A stretch of 57,575 bases of DNA. Source: an uncultured virus (IMG/VR IMGVR_UViG_3300046665_000305). Taxonomy: Duplodnaviria > Heunggongvirae > Uroviricota > Caudoviricetes. Within the stretch, counting starts at the first letter, position 1, and every line of letters begins with the position of its first letter. The stretch spans positions 62,001 to 119,575 of the IMG/VR virus record IMGVR_UViG_3300046665_000305; one strand, given 5' to 3'. Made by a program: the position numbers and the translations under genes. The notes beneath the pieces were generated by a model that searched no databases, had not been told where the DNA came from, and worked only from the letters and a program-made list of their open reading frames with translations. Positions 53,401-57,575 of the stretch are shown one piece after another.

Positions 53401-53984
53401 CATCTGCGATCTTGGCTCAGTTTCCGGGTGCAACAATTACTCGCTCATATCAATGGCGTCGTCACCGTCCCGTTGTTCAGCTAGCTAATTGGTCCGAGCA
53501 TTTGGGTTATGACTGCCGTTGGATCGATGGTGCAACGGGTCCTAGCTATGTTATCCAGACCGCCGACATGGGTTGTTTGATCAGCCGTGTAGATCGTATC
53601 CACATCGTTGTTACAGATGGCACAGTAACTAACCTTGCATATGATGATACTTATGCAACGTCTACTCCTATCGCCAGAACTGGTGACTTAGCAACTCCTA
53701 TGTCAGTCTTAACGGCTACAGGAACTTTATCAGCTACCAGCACTGCGCTAGACGCCGTTATTGTTGATCAGCCCGCTCTCTTAAACAACGAGACTCGCGT
53801 TCTACTTAACTCAGCTACAGCGCCAACGGCTTATACTGGTGGAGCTATCTACGTCAACTCAAACGGCGATATCGCACGTGGTTCGGCTGTAGTCACTAAC
53901 GGTTCGACCGTTGGATGTATCCTTCGTCAAACTCGTGGCATCGATATTAAAGATTATTTTGTCTCACTTACGGTAACAGCATAA
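50412..53984 (+). CDS. tailspike/receptor-binding protein with Ig-like repeats and right-handed beta-helix (pectate-lyase-like) domain
   Basis: repeated P..TG...VG..L...G.W...YQW...I.GA...Y modules; YYDLAGGNDGFDG..P and beta-helix-like region. Confidence 0.8.
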   Translation: MARVSVETLPPAPVDAIATGSLLLVDDNGVPYKVQISDINSGGGTGASLLVRTDTTPVVTGRLLSPGNLVEGQNVSLSLDGAAAKTAVTDANGDFTYDFTAFGTRGIDHTLKVTASAFLIKNVTGWHWDLLAANTVAPVTTGSAIVGSTLTVNPGTWANNPTTFLYRWLRGSYLIPGANASTYTLQEDDDFDNITAQVAAVNTAGTSAWVSANAIGPIAYLDTAVTTAPSLSGTNLIGSEIAVVPGVYTNFAKEAAWEWQADGIKINDTRSPKRFYAQTVAAFGTLPQGQNYTRGFSTSAYGGSNTNASSVSPFTTESDYYYLPGTTAAGQNDGPQLYSATIKSSSPNSQMSVRIYAARVDSAGTVQGSEVQLVHGTLGTAAIPATTGVITTSVTADLGAWASTDLLRIRLAMTNIGSGSNNFTVDPTAGQSYIDVPWGAYTGLALGKNKFTSRAEHAGKAITAKVTYSNTSFTHNVTTAGITLEGSTAQTLAPANLVIPAITATETRVGVAHNITLGSWNHQPTTFAMQVQLEATLNAGDWANVSGATTSIYVPATGDVGKRIRVGVTATNGIGSTTAYSAPLTVLGPATYYDLAGGNDGFDGQTPDTAKQNLTGTGSITSSGSALLKRGSSWATALVVGASRTYDAYGTGGYPTIGTGVTFGIDQYTDGTQGLSNVTIKNLNIAGNQRGLQQRQGSNWLIEDCFFDPCGYVAKNENSQGLFFQNGNDITLRRVTLDRVWSDGIYLDNTDRVILDTVNTKPVFSPEGDAVQLREDRFTTKNRGFIARGCFLDMASVKTSSGKGCLVTNMASYVYSHDNKLDGNNFVKGTDEGDFHVFCRNKCTHAKMNSYSFGYGIGGYDNQGGSLSHEIYDNTWYDINRAHSYSGISVSGYVGKPYRADIAVHDELIWKCANGISIDRPTSGIFRGIVFHNVTTTLRRTDTNVPTAGTMQSFTWSDHFIYKGVVVAPPPIVTRAVVTGTRAVGQSLDGTDTEFDTSAILAQFPGATITRSYQWRRHRPVVQLANWSEHLGYDCRWIDGATGPSYVIQTADMGCLISRVDRIHIVVTDGTVTNLAYDDTYATSTPIARTGDLATPMSVLTATGTLSATSTALDAVIVDQPALLNNETRVLLNSATAPTAYTGGAIYVNSNGDIARGSAVVTNGSTVGCILRQTRGIDIKDYFVSLTVTA

Positions 53985-55198
53985 TGCCTATTTCAAAAAA
54001 TAAAAAAAGAAACATTGCACCAGCTAACATTTCCGCGATCAGCGGAAAGGTTTACCCAAAGCCTGTCAATCACCAGTTGATTGCAGGTTTTACCGGCGTT
54101 CCTAATGGAAGCGCGGTGCAAAAAACTAGCTCTTATGCTGCCAACCAAGGTAGAAACGGGCACGACATTGGTAATGCTAACTGTTCTAGAATTAAAATTG
54201 TAGATGTACAATTTAAAATTACTGCTGGCTCAGGAGTTGAATCAGGTGCTGCGGCAGCTACGTCCACTTGGCAAAGATCAGTAGAAAACGGGACTATTAC
54301 GACGCGTGCAACATGGGATGGCGGTTCCACCACGGCTGACCTCGTAAATTCTGGCCTTATTATTAGCGATGAAATCAATATAACGTGGGCCAAGAATTCT
54401 AGAAATTATACACGTTTTTATAGAACTGTACCAAGTGATACTGACAGCTTTAGTGCTATGACTTTGAACAGTATTGCCAGCCAAGGTTTTAGAACAGTAT
54501 CTGGAAACCAGTTAATGAGCAACGGCTCGCTGAACAACAGCGGCACAGGCTCTGGTCCTGCGATTTGGCCCGCCCTTATTTTAGGTATTCCAGATGTGCC
54601 TATGCCTGCTATTTGTATTGTTGGTGATAGCATTGCAACTTACCTAAACGATACTAACACTTCCACGACTCAAGGCTTTCTAACCAGAGCGATGCAGAAC
54701 GTTAATGGTGTTGTCTTTCCTTGGCATAAACAGACTATCGATGCCAACACATTAGGAAACCAGCAACTAGCTAGTGCTCCGTTGCAGAAGCAATTGTGGC
54801 CTTATTGCACAGACCTATTAATTCAATTAGGCACTAACGATATTGCCAACAGTGCTTCATTAGCGACGATGAAAACCAGATTTACCGATCTGGCGAGTTA
54901 TGCTCGCGGCCTGATCGGGCCTTACGGCAATCGCCTCAGAATTCATGCCACATCGATTATCCCGCGCGGAACTTACGATAGTGCTAGAAATATTGTAAGG
55001 AATGATTACAACGCATGGCTAGCTGCTGGCGCTGATGGTCTAATCGATCAGTACCATGACATTAATGCTGCTGCTGGCGACTTTACGACTTATCCAAGTG
55101 ATCAGATTCACCCCGGCGTAACAGATCATGCCAATATGGCTGCTGTCGTCGCAGCGAACATGGTTCCATACCTCGATCCTTATTACAAATTTGTTTAA
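53984..55198 (+). CDS. SGNH/GDSL hydrolase (putative virion-associated esterase)
   Basis: IVGDSIA, QLGTNDI, SDQIHP. Confidence 0.9.
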   Translation: MPISKNKKRNIAPANISAISGKVYPKPVNHQLIAGFTGVPNGSAVQKTSSYAANQGRNGHDIGNANCSRIKIVDVQFKITAGSGVESGAAAATSTWQRSVENGTITTRATWDGGSTTADLVNSGLIISDEINITWAKNSRNYTRFYRTVPSDTDSFSAMTLNSIASQGFRTVSGNQLMSNGSLNNSGTGSGPAIWPALILGIPDVPMPAICIVGDSIATYLNDTNTSTTQGFLTRAMQNVNGVVFPWHKQTIDANTLGNQQLASAPLQKQLWPYCTDLLIQLGTNDIANSASLATMKTRFTDLASYARGLIGPYGNRLRIHATSIIPRGTYDSARNIVRNDYNAWLAAGADGLIDQYHDINAAAGDFTTYPSDQIHPGVTDHANMAAVVAANMVPYLDPYYKFV

Positions 55199-55222
55199 TC
55201 TTTTAAAAAGTGAGACACCATT

Positions 55223-55489
55223 ATGGCTGCTTTAACAACTGACTTCACCCTAGCCGATTCAACTTGGACCGCAGTTTCGGCGGCAAAAGCTACCGTCATT
55301 ATCTACAACCCTTCTACACTTCCTGTCTTTTGGGGCGTAGCTGCTGCTCCATCCGATTTGGCTAACGTTGTAGGTCATGAACTTAAAAGTCTTTGCACCA
55401 TTAAATTAAATGACCTAGGTTCAAATAACGTTTACATTCGTTCCGGTAACGTAGGCGGTGGCGCTAAAGCAGCTGTCAGTGCTTACTAA
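55223..55489 (+). CDS. small beta-rich protein, probable paralog of 49653-49913
   Basis: similar length and pattern. Confidence 0.7.
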   Translation: MAALTTDFTLADSTWTAVSAAKATVIIYNPSTLPVFWGVAAAPSDLANVVGHELKSLCTIKLNDLGSNNVYIRSGNVGGGAKAAVSAY

Positions 55490-55596
55490 AATTTTGGATT
55501 ATTACATTTAAAACTTGACTTTTTAAAAAAGTTATGTTATAGTCTCTCAGATATTATATAATCTCTGAGAGATTTTTTATTTAAGGCATAAACTTA

Positions 55597-56574
55597 ATGG
55601 CAGATAGTGCTACCGAAATCCAAGCAAAAGTTGACAAACTGAGTACCAATATGGTACGCCTTGACGCCATCGTTAATGGCACCAGCACTCAAGATGTGGC
55701 AATTGATAGTGGCTCTGTTCCTAGCCTTGCCAAATTTTACGCTCAAATCGGCACCACGGCTGGCGGTTATGTCACGATGGCGCAAGCCGCTGCAACAGCT
55801 GCAACAGCTTCCAAAGATAAATCAGCGCTTTGGGCCGAAAGTCCAGACGAAGTTGAACCGGGAAAACGTAGTGCGAAATATTGGGCCGGTGTTGCGACTG
55901 GTGCGGTAGCTGGTGTTTCGTCTTTCAACGGGAGGTCGGGTAGTGTTGTGCCCGTAAATAATGACTACAACACGGCTCAAATTCAACGCAGCAGTTCTAC
56001 GCTTGAAACTTCGTTACAATCTATCGAAGCGAGTATTACAAACGTTTTCTCTGTTCAAGTCGGTAGCATTTTCACTTTTGCCATGGCCACCTTGCCAACT
56101 GGTTATTTAGAGTGTAATGGTGCTGCGATCAGCAGAACCACTTATTCTGCACTCTATGCTAAAATTGGCACGGCGCACGGTTCTGGCGACGGTTCAACCA
56201 CGTTCAATATTCCTGACCTTCGTGGCGTGTTCATTCGTGGTTGGGATCATGGAAGAGCCGTTGATAGCGGACGTGGTTTCGGTACGGTACAGGCTAACCA
56301 GAACGCATCTCACACCCACGGAGTTAGCGATCCGGGTCACGCCCACAGTGTTTCCGATCCGGGTCACGCGCACGGAGGCGGTGGTGCCAACGTTAGCGCG
56401 AACAGTTTTCAGGCCGGTACATCGCAGGGCACGCAATTTAGAAGTTCTAACACCGCTGCGGCCAGTTCTAACATTGGTATTTATGCTGCTTCTACCAATA
56501 TTTCTATTCAAGCAAGTGGTGGCAATGAATCAAGACCTGTCAACGTTGCGCTGATGTTCGCGATTAAATACTAA
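55597..56574 (+). CDS. tail fibre protein with phage tail collar domain
   Basis: PTGYLECNGAAISRTTYSALY.KIGT...FNIPDLRGVFIRG; HxH motifs; ESRPVNVAL..IKY. Confidence 0.9.
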   Translation: MADSATEIQAKVDKLSTNMVRLDAIVNGTSTQDVAIDSGSVPSLAKFYAQIGTTAGGYVTMAQAAATAATASKDKSALWAESPDEVEPGKRSAKYWAGVATGAVAGVSSFNGRSGSVVPVNNDYNTAQIQRSSSTLETSLQSIEASITNVFSVQVGSIFTFAMATLPTGYLECNGAAISRTTYSALYAKIGTAHGSGDGSTTFNIPDLRGVFIRGWDHGRAVDSGRGFGTVQANQNASHTHGVSDPGHAHSVSDPGHAHGGGGANVSANSFQAGTSQGTQFRSSNTAAASSNIGIYAASTNISIQASGGNESRPVNVALMFAIKY

Positions 56575-56590
56575 AGGAAATTACCCCGAC

Positions 56591-57223
56591 ATGCGTTATA
56601 TTCATAATTATGATCCAGCGACAGGTGAGTTTGTCTCCTCTAACATTGCTGTGCCTGACCCATTGGATAACCCTGATGGCCTAGACTCAGGAGCTTTCCT
56701 TGTTCCAGCCTTCGCAACAATGATCACTCCACCTCCTGTAAAAAATAATAATATCAGAGTGTTCAGAGACGGCAAGTGGGGATATGTCGCAAATATTAAC
56801 GATATCCCTAGCGAAGAACCAGTACCGCCAAGCTCTACCGTAATAGATATAGAGCGAGACAGGCGAATCGTAAACGGCTTTTATTTTGAACACGTTCTTT
56901 ATCAGGCTAGACCAGACGATAGAGAAAATATTGCTGGTGCGGTCCAAGCCGCTTCAAGTGCCGTTTTCCTTGGTGCTCAAGAAGGTGATTATGGATGGCA
57001 AAAGCTTCTATTACCTTCTGCACCTGATATGTTCGAGTGGATCGCAGCAGATAATACGCGCGTAGCTATGGATGCTCCAACTGTTATTCGTTTCGGCTTC
57101 ACCGCGCTGGTTCACAAACAGGCGCACATCGCAGCTGGACGTGTCATAAAGGATATGGACCCAATTCCTGATAACTTTGTCGATGATTCTTATTGGCCTG
57201 TCGTGATTGATCAAACGCCATAA
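56591..57223 (+). CDS. tail fibre assembly chaperone (DUF4376-like)
   Basis: YDPATGEF...LVPAFAT..PP; ERDRRI..GF; WIAADN; DDSYWP. Confidence 0.8.
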   Translation: MRYIHNYDPATGEFVSSNIAVPDPLDNPDGLDSGAFLVPAFATMITPPPVKNNNIRVFRDGKWGYVANINDIPSEEPVPPSSTVIDIERDRRIVNGFYFEHVLYQARPDDRENIAGAVQAASSAVFLGAQEGDYGWQKLLLPSAPDMFEWIAADNTRVAMDAPTVIRFGFTALVHKQAHIAAGRVIKDMDPIPDNFVDDSYWPVVIDQTP

Positions 57224-57304
57224 AATTAAATTTCCCTATTGACTTTCTAAAATCGTTATGCTAAAGCTCTTCATAATTAAATTTATGGAGAGTTTTTTAA
57301 TTTC

Positions 57305-57575
57305 ATGACAACTAAATATAGACCCAAAAAATCAACGAAAGTCGAAGCGCTCAAATTTACTAAAGAGACTTTAGGCGACCTTTTAATTAAGTTGGAGCCT
57401 TATGCGAGGCGAGATACATTCGAGGTCAGCGTCCCAACTGACAACTTTCCCCATTTAGTCATTTCATTTGAAGTAAACGAATACACTATTGACACGATTA
57501 AGGAAGGTGATTATGTCGTATTCGGTGACAACGATTATGATGTTATGAGTGAAGCGCAATTTAACGAAATTTTCG
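57305..57575 (+). CDS. hypothetical protein, truncated by window end
   Basis: MTTKYRPKKSTKVEALKFT...GDYVV; open to the window end. Confidence 0.65.
   Translation, partial: MTTKYRPKKSTKVEALKFTKETLGDLLIKLEPYARRDTFEVSVPTDNFPHLVISFEVNEYTIDTIKEGDYVVFGDNDYDVMSEAQFNEIF

Noticed and set aside
1..57575. Integrase, IS element, retron or DGR
   Set aside because: No recombinase, transposase or reverse transcriptase motifs recognised in any ORF.

Overview
A 57.6-kb segment of a large tailed dsDNA bacteriophage. The host is inferred to be an alphaproteobacterium (Rhizobium/Agrobacterium/Sinorhizobium-like), mainly from GTTC-N7-GTTC SOS boxes. Layout: (1-18 kb) dense small + strand ORFs behind a repeated TTGAC-N15-ATGTAA(T/G)AA promoter. 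(18.1-20.3 kb) two minus-strand pentapeptide-repeat genes and a non-coding locus with a long inverted repeat and direct repeats. (20.3-26.5 kb) a degenerate HNH protein, a RuvC-like resolvase and terminase small and large subunits. (26.5-34 kb) a minus-strand block with a YfaP-like 663-aa protein, a GIY-YIG endonuclease and an RNA operon: tRNA-Leu, -Lys, -Met/Ile2, a D-armless tRNA-like RNA and four unexplained structured elements. (34.4-47.5 kb) a pre-early-like region of promoter/ORF cassettes containing a candidate anti-Shine-Dalgarno sRNA and a tandem array of about 10 LexA-box-like sites. (47.5-57.6 kb) a trypsin-like protease, two SGNH esterases, a beta-helix tailspike, a tail fibre and its chaperone. 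The most striking unexplained signals are the phased LexA-box array with its neighbouring sRNA, and the ncRNA operon. All calls are from reading the sequence by eye; no searches or folding programs were run.
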